From Lophium mytilinum (taxonomy: Eukaryota): DNA of 64,000 bases. The stretch spans positions 620,001-684,000 of the forward strand of contig MU004187.1 of the NCBI GenBank assembly GCA_010093605.1, given 5' to 3'. A program made the translations under genes and the position numbers. Below the pieces are notes generated by a model that was not told the origin of the DNA, made no database searches, and saw only the letters and a program-made list of their open reading frames with translations. Shown one piece after another: positions 35,190 to 47,290 of this stretch (the stretch's first letter is position 1; every line of letters begins with the position of its first letter).

Positions 35190-36020
35190 ATGTCCGAACG
35201 AAAAGTACTCTCCAAATACTACCCCCCCGATTTCGACCCCTCGAAGATCACCCGCACGCGCGGGCCCAAGCAAGCCGGTCCCAAAGTCCAAGTCGTGCGC
35301 CTCATGGCCCCCTTCAGCATGAAGTGCCTCCACTGCGGCGAATACATCTACAAAGGCCGCAAATTCAACGCGCGCAAGGAAACCACAGACATTAAATACT
35401 ACGCGATCACCATCTACCGCTTCTACATCCGCTGCACGCGGTGCTCGGGCGAAATCACGTTCAAAACGGACCCGGCGAACATGGACTATGAGTGCGAGCG
35501 GGGTGCCAAGCGGAATTTCGAGCCGTGGCGGGAGGCGAAATTGGCGGAGGAGACGGAGGAGCAGCGGCTGGATAGGCTGGAGAGAGAGGAGGCGGAGCGG
35601 GATGTTATGAAGGAGCTGGAGGTCAAAACAATCGATGCAAAGACGGAGATGGCGATTGCGGACGCGTTGGACGAGATTCGGTCTCGGAATGCAAGGATCG
35701 AGAAGGCGGAGAAGGATGGAGGGACGACGGCGGTGGAGAAAGATGTCGTAGGGGAGGAGCGGCGGCGGCAGGAAGAGGAGGACGCCGAGACTGCGAGGAA
35801 AGCGTTCGAAAGCAGGACGATGCCGGATCTCGAGGAGGAAATCATTGATATGGACGAGTCTTCAACCGATGGTGAAGGATCTGTCGCAAGTTCCTCAACC
35901 ATGAGTGCTTCGACGTTGGCCATGCCTCCGCCCCCGGTTCCGGCGTTCAAGCGACAGGTCAAGAAGAAGAAGGATTTCAGTGCGGCACTTGGGATCAAGA
36001 AGAAGCCTTCTTTGGTTTAG
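35190..36020 (+). CDS. YJU2: Spliceosomal step-1 factor Yju2/Cwc16 (CCDC94)
   Basis: MSERKVLSKYYPPDFDP, VRLMAPFSMKC..C, FYIRC..C, TFKTDP; ATG in ACCGCCACCATG context. Confidence 0.95.
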   Translation: MSERKVLSKYYPPDFDPSKITRTRGPKQAGPKVQVVRLMAPFSMKCLHCGEYIYKGRKFNARKETTDIKYYAITIYRFYIRCTRCSGEITFKTDPANMDYECERGAKRNFEPWREAKLAEETEEQRLDRLEREEAERDVMKELEVKTIDAKTEMAIADALDEIRSRNARIEKAEKDGGTTAVEKDVVGEERRRQEEEDAETARKAFESRTMPDLEEEIIDMDESSTDGEGSVASSSTMSASTLAMPPPPVPAFKRQVKKKKDFSAALGIKKKPSLV

Positions 36021-36989
36021 AGCTAACAACCTTCGTATGGCGTTCTAGCGTTTGCATTATATGGATATATCCCAGCGAGACCGATGTCCTACATCGGACT
36101 CCAAATAGCATGGTAGAGACTGAGTGCAACTATGCTTCTTTACTGTCCAACAATAGTACCAACATAGACCCTCATGTTGCTCGTTCCAACTGCTGAAGCT
36201 GTGCCAACCGCAGATGGTACCTATCCAACCACTACTTCCTTAGACCCACCAAGTACAGTGACAAGCCACAAGTCTGGGCACAATGGAACAATGGTACGCA
36301 ACGGCTTGGAGTACCCCCACAGCGTTTCGAAGACTTAAGGGCGACGTCAAACACCGAGAAGTGCAGATTAGACTGCTTCTTGACTAGTTGCCTGTTCGGC
36401 AGTCAAACTACCCCCATAGTGGTGTTGAGTGGGCAAGTTGGAGCTGAGTCCTTGTGCCCAGACGTGTGGCCTAGGACTGTAACACCCGGTCCTCGATGGT
36501 CTCGTATTATCCTTGCTCAAAATAGGTATCCGAGTGAAAGCGAACTAACGTGTCCCCTTTGGGCCAAGTTATGTTGAAAGCACTCACTGCGTTTCATATC
36601 TGCACTTAAGAAGTAAACGGACGGGTGAGCGTTTGACTGCCCACGATCGTCTGAAAGCAATACTGCTAAAACCATATTAATATTAGACCTCGGGGTCTTC
36701 TCTGTCGAAGCAAATCCGATCGAACGGGTATCGTTTGAGGTGGCAAGGTATTCAATTTGTTCTCGTGTGAGATGAGTCTCAACTGCCCGGTTTCATTCCT
36801 GTCAGCAAGGGCCTTCTTGTAACGCGAATCTGACCAAATCCTTGAGGATTGCACTCACTTTTTGGCTACAAAGCCCCTTTCCTCCTCGCTAACCTTGTCA
36901 GAAATGACAGTAGAATAGCACCTCCAACTCCCATAAGTGCCCAAGCCTAAGATAGGGTGCTCTTGCTAGCAACCTGAGCCGAGGACGCT

Positions 36990-38544
36990 TTATGCAAGGA
37001 GATCCGCCACTGCGAAAGTCAGCATTTGATTAGGTTCAAGTTTCAGCAAAAGCCTCTTACCATTCATTGGCATCTCGTCAATCTGGGTGGAGTAATAGAC
37101 TATGCAGTGTCAGCCAAAAACAATAACGAAGAACGACGGGTTACAGACGTTCAATGTCGCGCAGGATGCGAACATCCTCAGCAGTGACGAAGTTGATAGC
37201 AACACCCTTGCGTCCAAAGCGACCGCTTCGACCAATCCGGTGGATATAGTTCTCACGATTGCTGGGAAGGTCGTAGTTGATGACGAGAGAGACCTGTTGG
37301 ACGTCGATACCGCGTGCCCAGACATCAGTGGAGATGAGGACACGGGAATTGCCCTGACGGAAGTCCTGCATGATGCTATCACGTTCCTTCTGCGGCATTT
37401 CGCCGTGCATCGATGACACGGTGAAATTGGCCTCCCGCATCTTGTCGGTCAGCCAGTCAACCTTTCTACGAGTGTTGCAGAAGATGACGGCTTGGGTAAT
37501 GGTCAAAGTGTCGTACAAGTCGCAGAGGGTATCGAATTTCCATTCCTCCTTTTCGGTAGCGATGAAGTATTGCTTGAGTCCTTCAAGGGTCAACTCATCA
37601 CGCTTGACTAGAATTCTGACTGGATCGGTCATGAACTTGGTCGTCATATCCAACACATCGTACGGGAGAGTGGCGGAGACGACAACGACCTGAGTCGCCG
37701 GGGGGAGATATCGGTAGACATCGTAGATCTGTTCCCTGAAGCCGCGGTTCAGCAGCTCATCAGCTTCATCCAGAACCAGCATCTTGATGTTGCGGGTTCG
37801 CAAGTTTCGGCGACGGATCATGTCTGCTACACGTCCTGGCGTTCCAGAAACAACATGTTGGCCGTAGTCGAGCTTTCGAATGTCTTCGCCAACGTTGGTT
37901 CCCCCAATACATGCGTGGCACTGAACGTTCATATAGTCTCCAAGAGCCATGACAACGGATTGGATCTGGGTTGCGAGTTCGCGAGTCGGAGACAGTACCA
38001 GAGCTAGAATGTAATCAGCATAAGCGAGTTGTTGAGGATTTGCGAGTGTTACCTTGCGTCTCTCTGACAGCCGTGTCGATGACCTGGAGAATACTGATGG
38101 AGAACGTAGCTGTCTTTCCCGTACCAGACTGCGCTTGCGCAATGGTGTCTCGGCCCTTGCAGATCTGGACAATGGCTCGAGACTGGACTGCCGAAGGAGA
38201 CTCGTATCCGTATGCGTAGATTCCTCGGAGTAGGTTTTCTAGAATGCGTCAGCTAAGATCGATCGTAGAGATTAAATAATACAGTACCTTTCAGATGCAT
38301 AGCCTCGACTGTTGACCTTCTTGTTAACAGGGGATCCGAGCGGTCAAAGGGTCAATCTTACAAGTTGGTGCACTATCATCTTGTCAGCTACTCTGGACAT
38401 ACTCTAAATCTGGTTCCAACTTACACTGTGACCTCCTTGGACGTGGAGAACTCCATCTTCTCTTTGCGCTCATTAGCCAGTATTCACTCCAATGCGCGCA
38501 GCAGTCCACATACCCTCCGCCTTCCTGTCGATTCCTTCCGCCAT
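36990..38544 (-). CDS. FAL1: DEAD-box RNA helicase eIF4A-III/Fal1, 8 exons including 11-nt and 21-nt microexons
   Basis: Spliced product reads MAEGIDR...[58 protein letters not shown] (eIF4A-III-type W), HRIGRSGR, ending IDEMPMNVADLLA. Confidence 0.95.
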
Positions 38545-38777
38545 ATTGTCTGGTATCAGCTAGATGAGCAGGTGCTATATGCGCCTAGGTTGTGGTGTAG
38601 TGAGGTAAGGCGTGGTTTGACTTTCGGAAGGTCCGAGGATTGTCAAGGTCGTCGTGAAATCGAAGCTTTGGCGCTGGACTAAATCGAATAGTTTTTCCGC
38701 TCCGGTGAATTCTATTTGTATAAGCGTCCCTCACGTTTTCCTAACACCACGCGTCTACGTCATGAAACAAAGGTATA

Positions 38778-41514
38778 ATGCCACAACCCGCTCAAATCGG
38801 TGCTCTCACAGATGAACTAGTCGCCTCCATCACGACCTTCTCGCCTTCTACAAATGCCCAGGCGTTCAAACATGCGAAAGACCTTGCTACGAGGGGCCTC
38901 CGAGGGTACCAGTATGGGCGGACGAATCAATTTGATGTCCGCGCGAAGTTGGACGGATTTGATGAGAAATTTCGCGTTCTCAATCGAGACAATCTCGCCA
39001 ACGCGTTGCTAAAACGCCTGAACGAGCTGGACAAGGTCTCGACTAAGTGGACTCCAGAAACGCTCTCGCTTCTCTTGCAACTCTCAGATCGGCCAGTAGA
39101 GAAGACCAATGTAGATGACTTGGAATTGCTCAAACCTCCGCCATCTCCTTCGCCGCTCACTTGGGCCCAGATCATCGCAGATGACCCGCTGGACGAGGAG
39201 GGCGTATGGGAGAGTATTGACTATGCGGCCGACTCTTCGGAAGACGAGAAAGACTATCGGCGGCGGGAGAAAACCAGAGCCCCTGAACTTACGCCGTCCT
39301 CCAGTATCACTGAAGAAGACTCGCATCTTGATCCTGAGTCCTACGTGATTCCTCTTCAAGCAGAAGCATTACATGACATTCAAAAAGAGCAATTCTGGAG
39401 AGGCCCTACAGATCGTCGGATTAATGGAGCCCTAGCCGAAGGAGACGATGAAGCCAAAAATGATACCTCCGAGATCACCGAGCTTCAGATGATCCGCGAA
39501 GTCTTGTTCATGCTCGCAGGCCTCCCAACCACTCTCTACTCCATTGACACAAATTCGAGAGAGTTCAAAGTCAATAAGTCCTTTACTCTAAGCCACGTGA
39601 TTCCTCTCACACTACTCGATCTCCTATCTGATTCTGGAGACATCGGCACACAGATTTATCGTTTGCGCAAATGGACGGGCAACAAGCCTCCAATTCCTCT
39701 GTTTCAAACCTTTGAAGCGGCCGTAATGAGGCGACTCTCGCAATTTGACCGTAACCTAGCAGCACTGCAATCTCAGTATTTGAATCCCGATATGCTTGTT
39801 TCCATCAGCTTGCTACAAGTCCACAACGAAGTCCGTGGGACTGCTGGCTCGATCTTGCAACTTGCAACATTGGTTGTCACCGTCATGCCCACTTTGTCAG
39901 AAAATCCATTCTTACACCTTGAAGCGCTTTTCGAGCGCACAAGTCTTGCTCAAATGGTAAGTGACGTGGAGCTTTTCGAGTTCTTTGCCAGGATGTTTCT
40001 GGACTGCCTTCAACCGTATCTCAAACCCATAAGAACTTGGATGGAGCATGGAGATTTGGGACCGGACGACGAGACCTTCTTCGTGTTCATGAACGACAAA
40101 AGCAGCGAGGCTGCTTCGCTCTGGCACGATAGATATGCTATCAGGCGACACCTGAACGGCGAGCTACATGCTCCTAACTTTCTCCACCCTGCAGCACTAA
40201 GAATCTTCAACACCGGAAAAAGCATCGTATTCCTGAAGGAGCTCGCAAACCATCACAAATACACCAACATCGCAGAAAACGAACCGCGCCTTGACTTCGA
40301 AAGCATCTGCGGGGAAGCCGGATCACTTCCCTTCGCTCCGTTCTCGGAATTATTCGGTTCAGCATTCGAAACTTGGATTGGCAGCAAATTTAGCTTGGCA
40401 TCCACGGTTCTCAGGCAGAAGCTATCGTCTGAATGTGGCCTCTGGGAAGTTCTCGATACATTTCGAATCGTTTACCTGGCAGCAGATGGATCTCTATTCC
40501 AGGACTTTGCCGACCTAGTATTCGAAAGGATGGATGAACTTGATTCGAACTGGAACGATCGATATCTCCTGACCGAGCTGGTGCATGGAATATACAGCGC
40601 TACGCTAGCTCCTGGCCAAGCAGAGAGACTCGTTGTTCGCAAGAGCACTACGAAGCATCGCGGCCGATCTGTCAATAATTTGTCGGCAGTTGCTGTCGAC
40701 TATAATGTATGTACATACTAACTCCACCGCTTGACAATCAGATTAACTAACTTGTTAGATCCCGTGGTCAATCGCGAATATCGTACAGAAATCTTCACTG
40801 CAGACATATCAACGTGCTTTTGGCTTTCTTTTGAAAGTCTATCGCGCCAAATATCTTCTCCAGAGGGTGTCGTGGAAAGATATACAGGGACTCGGCGATT
40901 TCAGCCTCTCACAGATGAGCCTCAAGATGCGACATCGCCTAATCTGGATTACTGATGTTCTTCGCAATTATTTGACCGAGACTGTCTTTGCTTCTTCTAC
41001 GTCGCAAATGGAAGAAGCTCTCTCCACTGCTGATGATATTGACGCCATGGCCAGAATTCACGCAAGCTACATCAGTCGACTCCAGGATCTGTGCTTGTTG
41101 TCAAAGAACTTATCTCCTATTTTCCAAACTGTAATGTCTTTGCTAGACTTAGCTGTAGATTTTGCCGACACTCACTCACCTAGGCCGAGCCCATCTCTGG
41201 CTAAAGCGCAAACACCACGGCAAAAGCGAGATGCAAGGAGACGGAAGTTGCGTGATCGCCGCAGAAGCATAATCCCTGATCGTCAAGAATCTTCAGATGA
41301 CGGGTCAGAGGACGAGTATGATGGAGACGCAGAGAGCTCCACTTCTCACGACGCGGCGACCAGTGAAAGCCTCTACAAGGTTCAGGAACAATTTGATCGT
41401 CATGTGCCCTTTGTTGTGGCAGGATTGAAGGGCGTCAGCAGGGCTGGCGGAGAAAGCGCCTGGGAGACTTTAGCAGAGCGGCTAGATTGGAACTTCAAGA
41501 TAGGCCGTCCCTGA
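38778..41514 (+). CDS. Gamma-tubulin ring complex component (Spc97/Spc98 family, GCP5-like); exons 38778-40706 and 40759-41514
   Basis: ITELQMIREVLFML.GLP, PYL..IRTWM..G.L, P.FL...A..IF.TGKS, PW...IV motifs; in-frame intron GTATGT...CTAAC...TAG. Confidence 0.85.
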
Positions 41515-41849
41515 ATAGTTGGTAAAGCAAAACCGTTCTCGGCCAAACCTTCTGGCAGTTTTCATAGCTCTTTACCACCGTGCGAGGTTATCTACGAGAG
41601 ATCGTATGATCGAAACCGTCGTACAAAACAACATTTCGATCCGCGTCTTCAAAATTCGATCGCGCCACTATGGATCACCTGCTCATCAACAAGATAAACA
41701 TTTCATACTACATTGGAACCGTCACGAATATTAGCACACTGCTGCCTTCAATCATCTTCTTAGCATATCTCGAATCACTCAGTTCGTGTAAAACAAGTCA
41801 CCTGACACACGAAGACACTTTACAAGTAACACAGAGTCCACAAGTTACA

Positions 41850-42390
41850 ATGCCAATCCTCGTGACCTATGCCAGCGACCATGGGTCAACACAGGAGATC
41901 GCCGAGAGCATCTCCTCCCATCTCGCCGAGCATTTTCCACCAACGGAGGTCCTTCCTCTCGCAGACGTCAACCCTACAACCATCTCAACCTATACCGCCA
42001 TTGTGATTGGTAGCGCCATCCACAACACGCATTGGCTATCCAGCGCTGTCGCTTTCTTACAAAACAATTCCACAGCGCTTGCAGAGGTTCCAATATATGC
42101 ATCCAGCGTGGGCGCACTAGCAGCACTGCCGAAATTCAATCAAGGCCGATGGCAGAAGTCAGAGGAGAAGAAGATCACACAAGCTATCGAGATGGAATTG
42201 AAGGCCGAGCATCCCGTTCTGAGAGGGCACAGGCTTTTCAATGGGAGATTTGAGAAAGAGCACGCGGGACGGTGCATCCGGTGGAGGTCATTTTGGGGAC
42301 TTCAGGGACAGGGAGGATGTTCAGGCCTGGGCGAATGGAGTTGCGGAGGACTTGAAAAGGCCGAGGGACGCGCAGGAGAACGGGAATTGA
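41850..42390 (+). pseudogene. HemG-like long-chain flavodoxin gene with a frameshift near 42280
   Basis: FMN-binding ILVTYASDHGSTQEIA and IVIGSAIH in frame from ATG 41850; the family-type C-terminus GGHFGDFRDREDVQAWA lies in the +1 frame (42280-42390). Confidence 0.7.
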
Positions 42391-43395
42391 GATTGCATGG
42401 CGCGTAGGAAGACCGAGCGCGTAGTAGGTTTGTGGAGGTGCTCAATTTGGAGCACTTGCGAACGTAACCATGAAGTTTGCTTTTCCTTGTTTGAACTCTC
42501 TCCCCGGTCAATTCGTTGAGAGCAGACATGCTGCGTCTGCGAGACACGGTGAAAAGTGAGAAGACTAAACTGTTACCTCGATCTCATTACTCTGCGATGG
42601 TTGTGGACGTCGAGACTGTACTTTTTTCAGCGTCAGACTTCATTCCTAGCCATTTCTACGTCATTGTAGCTTTAAGGAGAATCGTTCATTCTACTTCGAA
42701 AAGGTTATCCGAGCTCAACATAGCTCACATGCCACGCAAGCTTCCTAACAGAAGTAGTATTAGCTATGCAGCTCTCTGAGTCGCATCGTTACATGTGTAT
42801 CTAGAGGTTCTACAGCTAGTCTTAGTTTTCAAGTATCCAGTTTGGTCGACTCCGCATACGGATTAGGTATGTCGGACCCTGTCAAATTGCAAAGCCACAG
42901 CCGAATCAGGAAACCTAACGAATTTCGATAGAACGCCACAGGGGTACGATATCCCACGCTTTTTGTGGAGAGCGAGGAATGACACGGCGCGGGGAAGGCT
43001 TTTTGCGGGGAAATGTCAATTTGTTGTTTGGTCCAGTCAGTCTTTCAAGGTACCAGGAAAGTGTCTGCCTTTCGTCCATTTCCATTCATCTGTCCAAAAC
43101 TTGGCGAAGCTTGTCTCAAGATCTTCATAGGTGTCAAGCTCGCTTGGCAAGCGCCGCGACCTAAACGCGGACGCCAACGGTCTAGCCGATGCCCGGGCTC
43201 AGACTATTTGCCAATAGCATCGTGGGATGTAGGACTAAAACGAAAGCACGACCAAGTAACACGTCAGGTCACGAATCAGTGTGATCTGGTTCAAAATCCT
43301 ATTCCGCCCCTCAACTATCAGATTCCTTTCCTGCCCAGCTTTGCGATATCTTGTCCATCTTCTAGTTGACTTTTGCGCTCTTTTCGTTAGTAAGC

Positions 43396-44123
43396 ATGGT
43401 GCTTGGTGACAAACGCAACACGACGCGCAAGGCGCAAGTGTTTTGGAGTTTCGTGGCTCTTGTGCTCTCCATCTTTTGTCTCGTATGGTATAGATCATCG
43501 CAACATGGTCCCCATATGGTCGTTTCCTCTGCCAAGCTATACCTAGACCTCGCACGGGCTGGCTGGGCCATTGCTATTGTTTGTGTAAGTATCTTTACAC
43601 AACATGGACAACGTCAACTTCCTATCAAACGCTAACCTCCATGTAGGCACTTTGCACAGTAGTATCCGTCCTATACCTACCATTCGCAACGAGCGATTAC
43701 TATTACCTTCCTCTGTCTCTGTGGTGGGCAATTGCGTGCACTTTCATGCTGGTTGGCGAAGTCCTTCTCGTCCAAAAGAATACTTCCTGCCCAGCCTTCC
43801 AACACTGTGCTGGTATTGACGACCCGGGAATGATATGCTCTTACTTCGCTTCCGTCGCATGTCTTACACAATTGTATGTATACAGCCTCCATGATTTTCG
43901 ACCCCCATTGACCCTTAAAAGCATACTACTCGGCGCTGCATTCTTCCAGGTCAAGTCCTACAGGAAAGATTTGCGGAGGGAGGCACGGCGATCGGGCCTA
44001 AGTACGAAAGCGCCATCGGAGTATGCACCAGAGAGCAGACTGGGAATATTCAATCCAACCAGACTGCGGAATTGGTGGTCTGCCGGGATCAAGCCAATGG
44101 ACGTGTTTGCGGACCGACCTTGA
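43396..44123 (+). CDS. Small membrane protein with about four TM helices (MARVEL-like topology), about 205 aa; exons 43396-43584, 43647-43873, 43922-44123
   Basis: Introns GTAAGT...GCTAAC...TAG and GTATGT...TTGAC...AAG give a stop-free hydrophobic product with a basic C-tail. Confidence 0.6.
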
Positions 44124-44650
44124 TCACAGCCCGTCTTAGTCGACCGCACATATTACTCGACAACACATTGCCTTCTTCGACAGCAGAACAACTTCTTCGA
44201 TACCACATTACCTAGCCTTTTAATGACGACATGACCAGCATACGATACGGTCTTCTAACAGCATACATGTTTACGGGATTCTATACATAAGCAATATACC
44301 CATTCATTCCTCTCCCACTTGGGGCACATGATCAAAATCCAAGATGCTCTCTGCATTTTCAACTCTCATCATATACTGCAACCCAAAGTTGAACAAGCTC
44401 GTGTAAACGCTTTCGAAACACTTTACTATAGCCGGCTTACCACTCGTCACTCTCCTCGTAGGGCTCAGAATTGAGAACATCCACCCACGTCAAGTCACAT
44501 ACACAGCTGAGCCCAGCGGATTAGTGGAGATGGACCACACTCTTTCATTTATTACATGGAAGGTAAAGGTCTACAATCACCCGTACGCATGCTATCCCAA
44601 GACCCAAACTCCCTGAATAGAATCGTTCTTCATCCAACGCCACGTCACCC

Positions 44651-45232
44651 TCACACTCTAGCCCCAGGCCAGCCCACCACGACGAATACCGCAAATACGA
44701 GTATCGCCGCCACGACCTTGACAACTTCCGAGTCTACAACCCATTCGGCCGTCTCTAGTAGAAACCCCTCTGCCCTATCCTCCTCTCCATTCTCCCCTTC
44801 CTGTCTCTCCCCATCCTCCCCATCCTCCCCATCCTCCCCCTCCCACTCTTCATCTTCACCCTCCCTCTCCTCCTCACTATCGCTATCCCACTTATGCGGC
44901 GGAAGCACTTTCTGCGCAAAGAAGCGCTGCCTCAGCTTACCGTCGAGATCCTGCACCGTCATGCAAACCAACCCCTCGCGCGGCATCCAGTAGTATTGAG
45001 ACTCTCCATAAAACTGGATACGAATGTCATCTGATTCCGGACTCGGGTCATCGACCTTACGGACCGGGTGTAGGAGCAGACATCCCGGTATTAACCCGCC
45101 GCATTTCTTTAGCTTTCTGTAGTGCCTTGCGTTCTTTTCTGACGTGGTTTCGGGGTGTGGGATTGCGAGGCGGGGGTGGCAGGGTGGGGATGGGGGGGAG
45201 GGGGGCCTTGATGGTTGGTGTCGGGACGGCAT
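44651..45232 (-). CDS. Orphan protein, tandem paralog B (193 aa): shared ~95-aa domain, acidic linker, C-terminal TM helix
   Basis: Clear similarity to the adjacent ORF (PCHPRL, GCLL..PV.KV.D, RIQ..G, CM..QDLDG..RQR.FAQKV); hydrophobic C-terminus. Confidence 0.75.
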   Translation of the reverse strand: MPSRHQPSRPPSPPSPPCHPRLAIPHPETTSEKNARHYRKLKKCGGLIPGCLLLHPVRKVDDPSPESDDIRIQFYGESQYYWMPREGLVCMTVQDLDGKLRQRFFAQKVLPPHKWDSDSEEEREGEDEEWEGEDGEDGEDGERQEGENGEEDRAEGFLLETAEWVVDSEVVKVVAAILVFAVFVVVGWPGARV

Positions 45233-45484
45233 TTTAGGTGGTTTTCCTGATCTTGTGGGCACGCTGTGGTTGGTTGGGCACGGTGGGTGTGTCGATGAAG
45301 GCACAGTTCGGGGTCGAGGAGGCTTTAAGGGGGCCTCTTTGCGAAGAAATTGGAGCAATGAGGTGAATTATAGGCGAAGAAAACATGGAGTAGAGGTTGT
45401 TGGGGACTCTATGTCCACCTCGTCGCACCCCGTCATGCCAGCGCACTACTCAAGAACTGTGAACGGAGACACTGTATTTCCCCG

Positions 45485-46216
45485 TTAAGATCCCCCAGGC
45501 CAACCTGCCAAAACGAATCCCGTGAGCCCGACTACTCCCGCAACAACACTTAGCGCCAGTGACCGATGGTTCGTTTGCTTTCCCTTCGTAAGCACTCTGC
45601 TTATGCTCTCCAGCACCCCTTCTCTCTCTTCCAACCACACCTTCTGCGCAAAGAGGCGCTGTCGGATCCTCCCATCCAGATCTTGCGTCACCATGCAAGA
45701 CAGTGCCCGTCGTGGAACCAGATACCTCTTAGGGTCGCCGAAGTACTGAATCCGGAGCACATTGTCGGCGAGGTCTTCCACTTTGTGGACGGGGTAGTAG
45801 AGGAGGCATCCAAGTTTGAGTTCGCCGTGGCTTTCAAGCTCGGTGTATCTTTGGGCGTTCCAGTTCCACCAGGCTTGTGGGTTTTTGGCAGGCAGTCGCG
45901 GATGGCATGGAGAGGTCGGGGGTTTGATATTGACCTGCGGTTTAACAGGAGCAGGCGCAGGCGCATTAGCCCTATGCCCCTCTGACTCGATGATATCGCC
46001 CGGTCGCGTTGTTTTGGGGGCTTCTGTAGTCACTGACTTCTGCTCACGCTTCTGCCTCTTCGGCGTTGGACTATTTTCACGGCTATCTCCAATAGAATTT
46101 GGCGGCGCAAGTGTACACTTCGTTTTGGTCGAGGATGGTTTCGCGTCGCCGTTGGCCTGGCGCTTTGTGCCCCTTTGGGCGCGCTTCGAGTCGACGGGGA
46201 CGGGGCTAGGAGACAT
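45485..46216 (-). CDS. Orphan protein, tandem paralog A (243 aa): basic disordered N-terminus, shared domain, C-terminal TM helix
   Basis: Similarity to 44651-45232; NLS-like KRAQRGTKR and PKRQKR; both proteins end in hydrophobic helix followed by GWPG. Confidence 0.75.
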   Translation of the reverse strand: MSPSPVPVDSKRAQRGTKRQANGDAKPSSTKTKCTLAPPNSIGDSRENSPTPKRQKREQKSVTTEAPKTTRPGDIIESEGHRANAPAPAPVKPQVNIKPPTSPCHPRLPAKNPQAWWNWNAQRYTELESHGELKLGCLLYYPVHKVEDLADNVLRIQYFGDPKRYLVPRRALSCMVTQDLDGRIRQRLFAQKVWLEEREGVLESISRVLTKGKQTNHRSLALSVVAGVVGLTGFVLAGWPGGS

Positions 46217-46474
46217 TGCGGAACTGTTGGGTTGCGAGTATGCTTGAATGAGAAGTTTCGGGTGTCTTTAGATAGTTGAGCGTGCATGGAGCTGAAGGAG
46301 ACCGCGGGTGTCGTTCGCTTGGCCGAGAAGGTGTATCATAGACCAACAGCGGCGAACCGTGGGGAAGATGATCAGGTCGGCCAGGGTGAATATGGTATAT
46401 ATGTGTAAACAAAGCGGTGCGCTGGCGAACAAAGTGCGGTGGTTCGAGAATGGATTGAAGCAAATCGACTTGAT

Positions 46475-47290
46475 TCACCCAAGTTGTCGATATCTGCGTA
46501 CAAGATTCTTGGTGACCTCCTCTTCGCCTTCGCAGAATGCTATCATGGCGTTGAGGTACGTAGAAGAGCAGAGATAGGCAGTGCGCTGTGGTCGGACACA
46601 ACTGAGTGATCCATGCCACGGCCTTTCCTTGGCAGCCCATAGTTCAGCCAGTTCCATATGGGACTTCGAAAGTCTTTCTCTAAGCTCTTTTTCGAGTGCC
46701 ATTAATGCACAATGATGTTGCCCCGTGAAATCAGATACATTTTGTAGATGATTAAGGACATAAAGATCGACACGAGCATCAATGACAACCCTGGTGAGAT
46801 AGACGTGATATCTTAGTGCTGGCCAGATCAAACCTTCTGGCCAAGGCGCCGATATTTTTGGGAACTTTATCATGTCCAAGGGAACATTCTCGTAAGCGAT
46901 TGCTCTGGTCCCCCAGGAGCAGTAGAAAGAGTTGGCAGCGTAGAATACGGAAGCGGCTTCATCGTGTACCTGCTTACATACTTCTAGAATGCGGAGGTTC
47001 GGGATGTTGGACGTAGGGCGAATATAGTCGTCTAATATCAGAAGTTGGCCGTAGATGTGATTTCGTATCTCCGGAGGAAGGTCTAGGAAGCTCGCTTTGC
47101 TTTGCTCTGCCCGTAAACTGATTGGTGTACAATTTTCACGTTCGGTCTTGTATCTTTTGAAGGTCGATGAGGTTGCCACCTCCGTGGTTCGCAAATCTCG
47201 ATCCGCAGCGTTGATGATTTTACCGTGAGCATAGTTGACGCCTGCCATGGGCTTATTTGGTGTCCAAGTGAAAGAGAATGAAGACCCCAT
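46475..47290 (-). CDS. F-box-like motif protein of unknown function (271 aa)
   Basis: SFLDLPPEIRNHIY..LL followed by ILEVCKQVHDEA..VFY..N.F, the common fungal F-box-like signature. Confidence 0.75.
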   Translation of the reverse strand: MGSSFSFTWTPNKPMAGVNYAHGKIINAADRDLRTTEVATSSTFKRYKTERENCTPISLRAEQSKASFLDLPPEIRNHIYGQLLILDDYIRPTSNIPNLRILEVCKQVHDEAASVFYAANSFYCSWGTRAIAYENVPLDMIKFPKISAPWPEGLIWPALRYHVYLTRVVIDARVDLYVLNHLQNVSDFTGQHHCALMALEKELRERLSKSHMELAELWAAKERPWHGSLSCVRPQRTAYLCSSTYLNAMIAFCEGEEEVTKNLVRRYRQLG

